Shown here: positions 1 to 11,249 of the stretch, in pieces | Position numbering within the stretch: the stretch's first letter is position 1 | Layout: each line of letters starts with the position of its first letter | NCBI GenBank assembly: GCA_050230475.1 | Contig: JBFLGF010000002.1 | Coordinates: 62,001 to 126,000, forward strand | From: Ancylonema sp. | Taxonomy: Eukaryota | Length of the DNA stretch: 64,000 nucleotides | Reading direction: 5' to 3' | Notes under the pieces: model-generated | Database searches by the model: none | Told to the model about the DNA's origin: nothing | Seen by the model: the letters and a program-made list of their open reading frames with translations, nothing else | Program-made: the position numbers and the translations under genes

Positions 1-546
1 GGATTCGTATCGGATACGTATCGGATACGTGTGTTGGTTGTGGCTGGAGGGGGGTTGTTCTGGTTGTAACTTTGGTGGGGAGGTAGAGCTGGGGATTGTT
101 GAAAAGTATGGCACACGGCACGGCATCAAGGTGTACTCATACAGACATATAAACATGACGCCCGTCCTTCGTCCTTCAGTCAGTGTATTCATACTCTGTA
201 TTCATACACATCATCAAGTGTGTGAATGTGCTCATTCGCTCACATTTATTGATAAATAATGTAATTGATGTAATTGAAGAAAAAATGATGAAGTACATAA
301 TACAAAAATCCATCTTTTCAGAATTCACTCTCGTACTTGATCTCTGAGACTGATGACAAAATTGTGCCATGCATGTCTCTGAAGGACAGACAAAACGAGG
401 TTAAGAAACAGACAGCCATCATCACACTTCGACGAAAGACATATGATACCTATCTTAAATGTGCCGAACGTCACACTGGTACTGCATCTGCATAATAAAT
501 AATCTGAATACTGATACAACAAACCCTTCTTCATCAGGCACCTAAC

Positions 547-799
547 CTTAAATGCCCCTGTCTCGGTTGTGTAACCGATGGATCGGGCAGTCAGGATGGC
601 TTGAGTGGAGAAAAAAGCGGTGCGCAACGTGCTGTAAGCCAATTGCGCGGCTGTTTGCGGACTGGTTATCGCATTTTGGAAGGATTTGGATTGCAGCAAG
701 CGCAGCAATTCAGCGGGAGAAGTGGGGAGCGCGAGGGGCTCCCAGGGCTGGGAAGGGGGAATGCCAAGGCTGGGAGGAGGCACGCCAGTGGCGCGGGTA
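547..799 (-). CDS. Internal exon of a minus-strand gene that probably continues off the left edge; product unknown
   Basis: cacag acceptor (800-801) and AAG|gttagg donor (546) flank a GC-rich open frame TRATGVPPPSLGIPP...LAYSTLRTAFFSTQAILTARSIGYTTETGAFK. Candidate first exon ATGGCAATATCTGCCG|gtaag at ~1274. Family not recognised. Confidence 0.45.
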
Positions 800-1430
800 C
801 TGTGACGCAGGCGAACGTAGAAAACACGATAAGTCAGTGCCCAGAACAAGGTCCTCTGGCATATTTGCTGGGACAAGAAGCTGAGAGAAAGTGAGTGGTT
901 TTCGTTTGAGAACAAGTGGTTATGGCGCACTGTGGCATATCTGTCTGCAAAAAATTCGGGGCAGGCACAGTGCAAACGTTAATGATAGTGAGAAGATACC
1001 AGATATATCTGTATGCCACCAACATAGTGTCACCTTCGCAAAAAAAGTCTGGAGAGGTTTGAACAGAAGCTTACTATGCGACTGGAGTTATTACGGCTGT
1101 ACTCTGGCATCGAGCGACGCGAGAAATACGTGGCGCGCGATCGGAGTTGGAAAAAGCGGCATTTGCCGCATCGATCCGTCCCAATAGATGAAAGGAATCA
1201 CCGGAATGAGAACGGTTTCCAAATATGATAGTTTCCTTTGATCCAAGTATGAACTTACCGGCAGATATTGCCATTTAATTGCCGAGAAAGCACTAAGAAG
1301 CACACTGTTTGGCGTGAAGCGCTTGATTCTGTACCACGATGTAACACAATTTCAGCGTCAGCTTTAAAGGCTCCTGTTTCGACTTCGGGGCCCATGCGGC
1401 GATGTAAGCCGGAAGGAAGGTATTGTACTG

Positions 1431-1957
1431 TAGAGCATAATTTATAGCCCAGTTCGACGAAAAAGCGGCCCGGTTGAATTGCGCCCGGTTTCATATCGAA
1501 CTGGGCCGCGAAAGTTCAAGTTATAGCCCGGCCCGGCTCGGTCCCAGTTCGTTTCGCCAATTTATGTCGAACTGGGAGCGAGCCGGGCCAGCATTGCGCC
1601 GGCTCGATTGGCCCAACTTGGTACCTCAATTGGGCCAATTTGGCCGGCCCAACTCGCTCCCAGTTCGACGAACCCATCCAATCACACCGCGTTATTAATC
1701 GTGCGGATAAAGTGAGTTGTACCGAAAGCTTGTCGCGCCAACAAAGTACACGTCTCTGGTTTCGATTGGTTTCGATCTCGCGAATTTTAGAGTATTCGCA
1801 CGTCTTCAGAGCAAGTCGGGTCGGGTTATATACTTTGCGAGACGAACTGGGAGCGAGCTGGGCCGGGCCGAAATTATCGCCAACTTACGCCAATTATCTG
1901 GCCCGGCTCGCGGCCGATTTTTCGTCGATCTGGGCCGGGCTATAACTTGTGCTCGTA
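1431..1957. mobile_element. MITE-like element with terminal and internal inverted repeats
   Basis: Left end tagagcataatttatagcccagttcgacgaaaaagcggcc matches the reverse complement of the right end (ggccgattttttcgtcgatctgggccgggctataacttgtgctcgta). TA at both ends. Many internal cccagttcg / ggcccggctcg subrepeats in both orientations; no convincing ORF. Confidence 0.7.
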
Positions 1958-2141
1958 GGATAAGTAGGATGGCAGAAGTATGCCTGAGAGTTGCCAAATT
2001 GTCAGCAATTTGGCACCGAGTGAAATAGACATGGCATGTGGCCCTTCGTGTGTTCATATGTTCGTGTGTTCGTGTGTTCGTGTGTTCGCCCGTACTGTGT
2101 TACTGCCTCCTTTCAGTCTTCTGTGCTGAACTATGAAGGGA

Positions 2142-2455
2142 CCACGTGGCTAATACGCACGTGCAAATCGTTGTCACAAGCAGACAACAATGCAGTACTC
2201 ACCCGGCTCTTCATCCTGGTTCCCTGGAGGTCAACGGAAGATACGTCGACAGACTGTGGCGAAACGGGGCAAAATGTCGGTCAATCTCGCTAATGGTAAC
2301 GCGTTGACTTTGACAGGCTGTAGCGTGTGTCCTTGCTGTCCACAAATACAATCTGAGTGGCAGTCCAGCACTGCGATCGGCATATGAACTGGAGCACGAC
2401 GACGATCGCATCGATCGAGCCGTCGATCGATGTGCAGCTCATCTGGCGACGTGGC
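2142..2455. promoter_or_regulatory. G-box/ABRE-like motifs upstream of the bZIP gene
   Basis: CCACGTGG at 2142-2149, GCACGTGC at 2157-2164 and GACGTGGC at 2448-2455, 0.7-1 kb upstream of the bZIP ATG. Confidence 0.4.
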
Positions 2456-3191
2456 GATGGTATTCTTGCGTGTCTGTATGTATGTCCGAATGTGCTCTAG
2501 CTCCTTGAATATATCGCGGCCGTCAATATTTGAGTTTGACGGTTCCAATTGAAATACATCGGCTTTACCTGGGATCGGCATTAAGTGAGACAGGCCACAT
2601 CTGCTACCCAGCTCGGATCACGTTGGGCCGCTTCAAAACTCAAACGAAGCATTGAGTTTCACAAACTAAGTACTCTTTGTTAGATACTATCAGCGTCTTC
2701 ATGATACTAATACATTTTAAATGGTTGCTGAGATGGCATGCTGTGTGTGTATGCAGAAAGCAAATCGTTGCCAACGTGCCTGTGCAACTCCTGCGCCATA
2801 CCTTGTCGGATATCTTGCCTGGCATACAACTCGTGCATACCAGTTGTTGCGTTCCGCGCCCCATTAGGACTCGCTCCCAGTCACGGAAAATGAAAGTGAT
2901 GCTTACGAGCAGACCACGACCCAGCTCTGGAAGGCCCTAGCAACGAAGTCCACCTTTTCAATCGCGAAGACACCCTCCCACACAGCCCCTTCGTTTTACT
3001 GCGGCTATTCCCGCGGTGAGAGATAGTTACTTCCAATAATAGATCGGGAAGCGCTCTGCACTCCCTCCGCCACAAAATGTTTCGCACAGATACCAGCGAG
3101 CGACCAATTTGAAGCACCACCGTTCATCGCTTCCCCGTCGCTCTGCCTCGTTTTCCTTGTCATAACGGTCGCAACGTTCGTGTAACGTTGC

Positions 3192-6100
3192 ATGGCTGCA
3201 GAGGCGCCTGGTCCTTCTAGAGAGATATCAGGTAATCGCGACTGTCCCTGTTGCCCCTGTCGCTTTTTATCTATAAACAAACACCTGGACCGATACTGTT
3301 CGGACCTTATTCTGATAGTGGTGCTCTCTTTCCTTTGTACAGAGGCTGCGAGGGACCCCTCTGGCCAGTATTCAGACTGGGCAAATGCAATGCAGGTCTG
3401 CCTCTCGCCTGATCTTTGTCCAGATGTAAACACACAGATTGACATACAGTATGCGCAATAGATGATAACATACGAGCATGGGCATCTTGAATGCCCCCGC
3501 CTACTATTTGCAAGTGAACAGGAGGATGCAAAAACTGCGAATGGTTGATATTGACACAACCAATAGAAAGTGTCGCTGCCCCAAATTATGAATGCACTGT
3601 GTCCATTGGCCCCTAGGTAACCTCCAGTGCATGTATATGTCTCACGTGCTTCGACAAGGGACTCTTCGTTTGCAGAGGCTGCGAGGGACCCTTCTGGCCA
3701 GTACTCAGACTGGGCAAATGCAATGCAGGTCTGCCTCTCGCCTGATCTTTGTCCAGATGTAAACAAACAGATTGACATACAGTGTGGGCAATAGATGATA
3801 ACATACGAGCATTGGCGTCTTGAATGCCCCCGCCTACTGTTTGCAAGTGAACAGGAGGATGCAAAAACTGCGAATGGCTGAAATTGACACAACCAATTGA
3901 AAGTGTCGCTGCTCCAAATTATGAATGCAGTGTGTCCATTGGCCCCCAGGTAACCTCCAGTGCATGTATACGTCTCATGTGCTTCGAACAGGGACTCTTC
4001 ACTTGCCTCCTGTTCAAAAGAGCTGGCTCAATTCATTTCAAGCACTCACTGTGCGCTTCGTGGTGGTCTCTATGCACAGGCATACTACAAGGCTCCCCCG
4101 CCCCCAGGGCATGGGCATCCAGGCGGATATTATGCAGCGCCAATGGTGCCACCCGGTTATGGAATGTGGAATGGTCAGGTACTCATTTGAGCACGAGCCC
4201 CACTTTGTCGATGTTGTTAAAAAGAAAAGTCGACACGTTTTGTTTTGACACCATCGCTGCAGTGACCATATGCTTTGGTCATTTCGAGTTCGGCAAGCAC
4301 TGCAAAAAATAGACTGCTGGCCAAACCACACAAAAATACTGCACCGCTCAGCAGATTGCAGAATCTCAAATCTCGCAAATCAGGGATCCAAACTGATTGA
4401 ATGCTTCTTACTGACTGCCATACCCAATCAGCAACCTGATGTCAAATTGCCACCTTTTCTTGTGTGTACAGCCAATAATGCCTCCTTACGGGGCTCCCCC
4501 GCCTTCTCCCTACTATGGGCCTATGTACCCCCCCAGCAACCCCCCATGGGACATTTTCCCCCGCCCATGACCACTTACCCCTACACCTCCCCTGTCACAG
4601 CCCAAGGCAAGGTGTGTTCCAATCATTGACGAATAGCTGACTCTAGTAGGGAGGCCTCTATCTATTTGCTCTGGTATACACCTGAGGGGCGGCATGAAGT
4701 GGAAAGTTTATGCATGGCTGGGGTGTGTGGAAAATCCGTGTGTCTGATAAACCATCGACCTTCTGTGAGTGTGGCAGGCAGCAGATGGGAGTGATGTGTT
4801 AGTGGCAAGCGGTACACCAGCGGACGCGCCAGTGACAGTGAACGCTACAGCGGGTGTGGAAGCAGTGACCACTACAGATGGCAACTCCACGGGGGAGGAT
4901 GAGGAGGTGCACAAAGGAAGGAGCTGTTGTTGTTGTTGACCGGGGGGAACAGAGAGAGGAGAAAGTAATCTGGTTTGGACTAATGCCGTCCCACAGCAGT
5001 GGGCTGTTTGTGAGAGCTTCGAAAGAGCGAAGCACTTGCATCTACTTTGCAGGTTGCAAAGGCTAACCACTTTCCGCTCTCCTATATCGAATCAAAGGCT
5101 GAACCCAATGAGGCTGGGGGATACTAGGGTAGAAATTCAGAGTGAAGCAGAGTGAGGAATGGATTTTATGTTCTGGACTATTCAGAAACAGACGGTCAAC
5201 AGGACTTATCGGAGGTGCTGAACATAGGCTTTGTTCCCTCTTTTGATGGTTGGCGCAGCCAACTCGTCGCAAGCGCAACTATGACAACCAACCCACACCT
5301 GAGGCTCGACTAGCGACAGGGGCTCACGCCTACCCTTCTTACCCATCCGCCACCGCTGAGCTGTGGGGGGTGGGGACGCCACTCCCTGCGAGCAGGAGCT
5401 CAGGGGCACTGGCTGCTGAGGACAGTGGTGCGATGGTGCCTTATCAGGTGAACAACCACGGCTGATTCTGAGAGAGAGGAAGGGGAGGGAGATGGGAGTT
5501 GGGGACTGAGCAATAGAGGAAGGAAGGTAAGGGGGTGGTGAGGCAACGGCAACTGAGTGTGTGGAGAAAGAGGGAGAGAGGTATGTGTAATGTTGTGGTA
5601 GCCCCTGTGTTTGTTTGGAAAGAATTGCGATGCAAGCGATTGAGTGCTCCGCAGCAATGCTAACAGAAGGCCGCTATGAATTGCTGCTGTCATTGTCACC
5701 AAGAAGGTGACCAATAATGGCTGCTCTCAGATTCAGCTTGGAAGGAATGGAGGCGTGCTGTCAGAGATCAGCGACCGAGTCATGGTTTGGGAGGGTGTGT
5801 GCATGTATATGGGGAGATGGCATTTAGGGAGTGAATGAATGGCGACAAAGGTCGCTCATTCTACAAAGCAACACAGCATGGGTGATTGTGGGAGCATGGG
5901 TGTGGCATGCAGGATGAGAGGGAAGTGAAAAGGCAGAAGCGGAAACAGAGTAACCGGGAGTCAGCCAGACGGTCCCGGCTGAGAAAGCAAGCCGAGTGCG
6001 AGGATTTGGGGGGTCGGGTGGCCGCACTGGTTGCTGAAAACAACAGCATGAGAGTGGTAAAGCCACTTGCGCTGCTAGGGTGTGTGCTGTGTGGGTCCAT

Positions 6101-6792
6101 GTATACAGTATTTGTGACGCCATTGAAATGTCGCGGCAGAGAAGCAGGTTAGAGTTCATTGTAGGTGCATAGGTGCACGGAGTGAGGAGGGAGATGGACT
6201 GGGCAGATACATGGATTCGCAGAATGTGGGGATGTGTTTGGCGATAAACGGAAATGGAAATTTCAAATTTCGGAGATGGCGGGCAGCTGAAGAGAAATGC
6301 TGTGAAGATATGAGAGAGAGTGACAGCGATTTGAAAGGGGCGGGGCAGGGGTGGAAGCAGGAATTGGAAAAGATGCGGGGGAAGTGTGCGGTCCTTACGG
6401 TACAAAACGCGACATTACAGTCGCAGGTACGGCTGGAGGTGGTAGGGATGGAGGAGGGAAACCAGTGCAACCATGCTAGTGCCAGTGCTGTTCTAAATAG
6501 GAAATGTGAGAGAGGGTGGAGCCAGCCACCTCGCCAGCCACCTCTGGTTCAGACAATCCCACCACCTCGACCCCCAGAACTGTTGACACAGGCAGCAACC
6601 AGGATACTGACATAGTCTGCCGTTACCGGAATGAGCTCAGGCTGCAGACATTCCGACAACAGTGATTGTGGTCTGAGCTGGTGCCTGGGTTGGATAAGTG
6701 TGCAGGTGGCAGCAGCAGGGTTACCGATTCCTGATGGACCTGGGGCTCTCGTTCAGGCGTTGCCTGGAGGGGAGATAGGAGCAAATGAGTAG
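3192..6792 (+). CDS. G-group (GBF-like) bZIP transcription factor, multi-exon
   Basis: Exons ~3192-3231, 3343-3395 (or 3676-3728), 4080-4178, 4472-~4611, ~4778-4906, ~5259-5447, 5913-6056, 6361-6426, 6706-6792. N-terminal Pro-rich [12 protein letters not shown]...MPPYGAPPP region. Basic region [32 protein letters not shown] followed by a leucine zipper. Apparent 1-nt frameshift in a C run at ~4528-4534. Confidence 0.9.
3339..4000 (+). repeat. Tandem duplication of ~333 bp (two diverged copies) including bZIP exon 2
   Basis: cagaggctgcgagggaccc...gggactcttc at ~3340-3668 recurs at ~3673-4000 with scattered substitutions. Confidence 0.92.
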
Positions 6793-7321
6793 CCCTAGTG
6801 GGGCTACACTATTGGTGATGACATAAATACGATCGTAGGTATTCACTCATAGGCCAAGCTGGCAGATGTGTAGATACAAAGAGGAAGACTAATGATTTCT
6901 GACAACTTTCTCACCCACCTTGCTCAATATACACAGCAGTAACCAAGTGGTTGAAAACGTAGAGAAAGTAGAGAGACATACTCAACCAGACTCGTATTCT
7001 GGTCATGTCTTACCACGACAATACCTCGAATGGTGCGCTTGTGATAGGCAAGAAGCAAGATGTGTATCACCGAGTGTTAGATGCTGATAGAATCGGGCGC
7101 TGTAGCTTTGAAGTTGCTATACTAGATCTGCTTGTGGTTTTTAGGTTGTAGGCTGTACCAAAGTGGTACATGTATATCTAGGATAGGAGGACATAGCGAT
7201 TAAAGGACGATTTCTCGAGTCGTCAATTTCGACTCGAGAAGTTGCAACTGCAAAAGCAATTGCGAAGGTCCCGAGTGTAAGTCAAAGCTAAGCATGCCCT
7301 GCATGCGGGCTGTAACTTTCA

Positions 7322-7660
7322 TTGACTTGGCATGAAGCCCTAGCCCTTATCAGACAATTCAATTCAAGTCTTTTTTGGGATGCCTTTAGTGTTCACTACC
7401 TGATTGAATTTGGTACAATATTGATATCCACAAAGGTAGAATGCATGACTTGGATGTATAAGGGTTCCTCAGCCAATGCACAACCCCATTGCATATTATT
7501 GTTTTTTTCCCGCATACATCAAACCGAAATAACGAGACCGAAATGTCCCCATTGTCACAATGTCCTCTAATGGGGCAGATGGCACCAAACCAGCCTTCCT
7601 TACAAGCGAACTCTATGTCTAGATTGGAAGAAGATACAGAACATGTCCTTTTCAGAGTAA
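7322..7660 (+). mobile_element. Possible decayed L1-type LINE fragment (Cys/His zinc-finger region)
   Basis: Broken frames give KVECMTW..., CPHC and LEEDTEHVLF, resembling the C-terminal zinc finger of LINE ORF2. Heavily degenerate. Confidence 0.25.
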
Positions 7661-7757
7661 TAATTACAACAATCCAAGAACTAATTTGCCGGCCGCTTAC
7701 GCAATTGATGCACCACAAAAAAAAAAACCAAACCAAAAATCTTTTTTTTGGGTTTTT

Positions 7758-8152
7758 AGTATTGTTTTATCGGCAAGCACTTCGAGTATCACTTTGATGT
7801 GATACCCCTGTTAATCTCGCGAAGTGCAACATATCAATTCGGGGCGGTAGGGCGTTTAGAAAAATAGTGGTACCCGATCGAAATCTGTATCATAGTGAGG
7901 TTTTAGGAGTATTCCTTTGACACCTACACGCAACAAAATGAAGCTAGGAGCACCACGACAACAGCAACTAGGATCACAATCGTGTAACGAGAATCACTTA
8001 GTCATACCCAGATCACAGATGTGATACGGCGCTTAGAGCGTATCACTGAAATCTAAAACGCCAGGATGTGATACGGCGTAAAACTTGAAGTGATACTCAA
8101 AATCAGGCGCAATTCGTGTGATACTCCGAAGTGCTTGCCGATAAAACATACT
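7758..8152. mobile_element. MITE with ~34-bp terminal inverted repeats
   Basis: gtattgttttatcggcaagcacttcgagtatcac (7759-7792) versus gtgatactccgaagtgcttgccgataaaacatac (8118-8151); internal gtgatac/gtatcac subrepeats. Confidence 0.8.
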
Positions 8153-8980
8153 CTTGGAAGTGTAGCGAAGCAAGTGATGCCACAAACCGATGTATACTCA
8201 TGCGCCTGTATTCACCTAATCCCCTAACCTCCCAATCTGAGTGGTTTGTGGACACAACTCTACTCGCATGACGGAGCTTACGACATCGTATGCTTGCATG
8301 TCTTCATGAAGTGCTTTCACAAAACATATATATTCGGTCAACTTGATAGCATTTCGCCATTTGTGCATGACCATCCTCAATGTCACATTCTATCATGTAA
8401 CAAACCTCCCGCTACTTCGCGCCTTGTGCCTCCACTTACTCAGGTCAAACTCGCTCTAACATCGAAACTACGACTTCTCATTTTTTTGGCGCTATGGCAT
8501 ACATCACTGAGTGCTGCCTACATGTAGCACCTACATTTATCTCACACATTGACCTATTGCTCCTACGATTGATTCTTTTTGACATTGTAGTACACCCTCA
8601 AATCTGGTTGCATACCCTCTTACTCTAGGGAGAGCCTTGACTTTGACTTGACACTGAATTTTTCATGGACCACATTAAACATATTCCAAACATGGAGAGT
8701 TCGGCCCACTCGTAATTTGAGGTATACAGCTTTTGCTGGCGGTCCATTCCCGCCTTATTGTTTGTCTAGCAAGTCCTTCTTACCCTGAAAATGTTACAGT
8801 GACAAAGGGATCTCGCTTTAGAGACATCGACACATCACCGAATATCCTTTTTTGGCATGCATCAAGTACAACATGTGTGAGGGGTTCCTGTCTCCTCAAG
8901 AGGAGGTGTGTGTTGAAATGATTTCTGTTCAAAAACTGAATCGTACTTCACTTCATCGATCTATTCCTCCGTTACGTTCC

Positions 8981-10418
8981 TTAAAAAGCCAAGAATCTTT
9001 TTGGGAGAAATTTGTCCTGAAAATGCAAAAGGCACACACAAATGGACATTCCAAAAAACACAGCCTTTCTATATAAAATAAGATGAGATAGACATGCAGG
9101 GTGTGATAATTGCATTTCCATGTGAAACATTTGTGTATACAAGGTATACAAAACAAATTGTGCTGCTATGTTAGTGAATTATATCATTGCAAGGGAAGCA
9201 CTTCAACCCAACCCAGCCCTTTCTCCTCGAACATACCTCCCCATAATCGGCGTTAAGTTTCCTGGCTAGTTGGAAGGCAGCTGTGGCAGCCAAAAACGCG
9301 TTCACACTAAAGAGGTTCCAGTTTTTTGGGATGACATCCATGCTGTACTTCATGAAAACCACGCCCGTTAACGCCGCTGCTGATTGCTGGGGGTAAGAAA
9401 CCTTGTCTGACATTGCCCGAATCCGGAAGGGGTAGAGAGAGAGACACCGCACAATGTCAGAGGAAGAGAAAGTATTCATTCGAGGTGAGCAGGACTGAAC
9501 ACATTTCTTCTGTTTATTATCTGTGAATTCTGTCCTCCCTGCAAATGTTTTTTCAGATTGATTTAGATCGGTGGATGATTACTCCCACGCTGATGTTGGT
9601 TGCTTTCACGCTCGCAATGTACACAAACAGGACCAGGTAAAAGGAAAAGACACCCCCTGCCAGGAGGGCGAATGGGGAAGGCCATACTGGTGGTAAATCC
9701 ACACTTCCACCCGAAATCACATCACTGTCTGCTTGCGATAGTCAAGTAGTTTCATTCGAATCTGCTTCATCCTGTCCCGCAACTCCTTCCGTAATTGAAG
9801 ATCCTAGACCGTTTCATGTGCATGTAAGCATCCTGACCATCTTGTGGCGTGTGTCATCATCAGGCATCACACGTGTATATCATGCAATTTCTCCATGTAT
9901 ACGCACGCCAATCGTGCACCCAGATGTGTGCTACACGTGTCAGGCTCAATGAGATAAATCTCCGCATGCTAGCCAGTCGTCTGACGATTCCGAATTCCAC
10001 AGCTGACTTCAGCTGGCGATACTGTATCTGGACCCTATTCGTTGTGCGGGTACTCTCTCACTGAATGTACAATGATGGCTATCCACCTTTAAGAATCACG
10101 CCACTTCACGAGTAAAAATATACTACACTCGCAGCAGAGGCTCATCCCATGAATTCTCGACGTTATCAAAGATCGTCAAGTTCAAGAAAAAATGCTGACC
10201 ACTGCTCTGGGAAGCATGTCTGTTCTACAGATGTACCTTATACATACTTTCTGAATCCATGATGGCGAGGGAACCCATTGACAGCATTCACCTGGGGGTC
10301 GGTTGTAGTCGGCAATGTTGGCGATCCCAAGAGCCCATTTGAAGGTAGGAGCCCAGAAGAACACCGTCTTTGGACCGGCCGGATGATTCAAGAAAGACTT
10401 TGCCCATGCGGCCGCCAT
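8981..10418 (-). CDS. MPC2: Mitochondrial pyruvate carrier, MPC2-type
   Basis: Exons 10418-10292 and 9406-9237, probable last exon 9016-8981. MAAAWAKSFLNHPAGPKTVFFWAPTFKWALGIANIADYNRPP-DKVSYPQQSAAALTGVVFMKYSMDVIPKNWNLFSVN carries the MPC2 motifs HPAGPKT, WAP and PKNWNL. Last exon less certain. Confidence 0.92.
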
Positions 10419-11249
10419 ATTTTCGAAGTCCAACAAGAAAGCTCCCGATCAAGCCTGTACCTCACCCCCACCCCTTATCAAGCGCAGTTGTTTCAGTGCC
10501 AGCATTTATAAAAAGCTCTACTATACTCGCCCGATTTCATGTCATGCACTTCCAATGGACGGGGATACGCGGGTACACCCTGCGGTTATCTAGTTATCAA
10601 GTTCTTGTTGCCCGTCTTGGCAGGCAAAAACTACTAAAACCTACCGCTCCAGAGACTGCCCGCCCCAATGTGTATAAGGTTGACGTAAAAGTTCGTTGGA
10701 ATCGCTCGCGACCTGCAACAGCGGTCGATGACCGCCGGTCGTGCCATTTGTGCGTCTCATTTGTCAGTCTCTTTCGAATGCTGGTTGGTACTCATTCATC
10801 GCGTCATGTTGCAGGTTCGACCCAAATGCAATTCGTCGTTTGGGCAACACGAGGCAGCTCTTTGTTCTATGCTCTTGCTCGCTGCGCTTTGCTTTGAAGT
10901 CAACTGCCACAATTCTCCTACTTCCCTTCCAAAGTCCGAGACCACAGCACTCGCACGTCTATATCCTGCACTTCAAAGCTACCTGCACTGGTGACACGTG
11001 CAGCAACATTTTCTGAACGGTAGTCATGGTCGCATTCTCGCAATTCTCGGCTGTCCTCCGCTGTCGCTGGCGCGTCTGCTTGACTGCATCTCCTGAGGCT
11101 ACTCACTCAAACAGTTGTGGCCGCACTTTGCGACATACCTCGTCGAAATCGCATCATCATGATCATGGCGTCAACTGACTCGTCGAAAAAATAAATAGAA
11201 CCGTCACACGTCAGAAAAATAACCGAAGTCCCAACTGACCGAGAATCGA

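Noticed and set aside
1431..1957. Repeat-spacer look suggesting a CRISPR array
   Set aside because: Repeats occur in both orientations with irregular spacing and terminal inverted repeats; eukaryotic context and no cas genes. Better explained as a MITE.
3005..3892. 295-aa minus-strand ORF with an internal repeat
   Set aside because: Antisense shadow of the 333-bp (multiple of 3) duplication in the bZIP gene.
7212..7240. 11-bp-stem hairpin ttctcgagtcg/cgactcgagaa (similar 10-bp stem at ~44583-44609)
   Set aside because: Isolated short stems with no supporting terminator, Helitron-end or RNA gene context.
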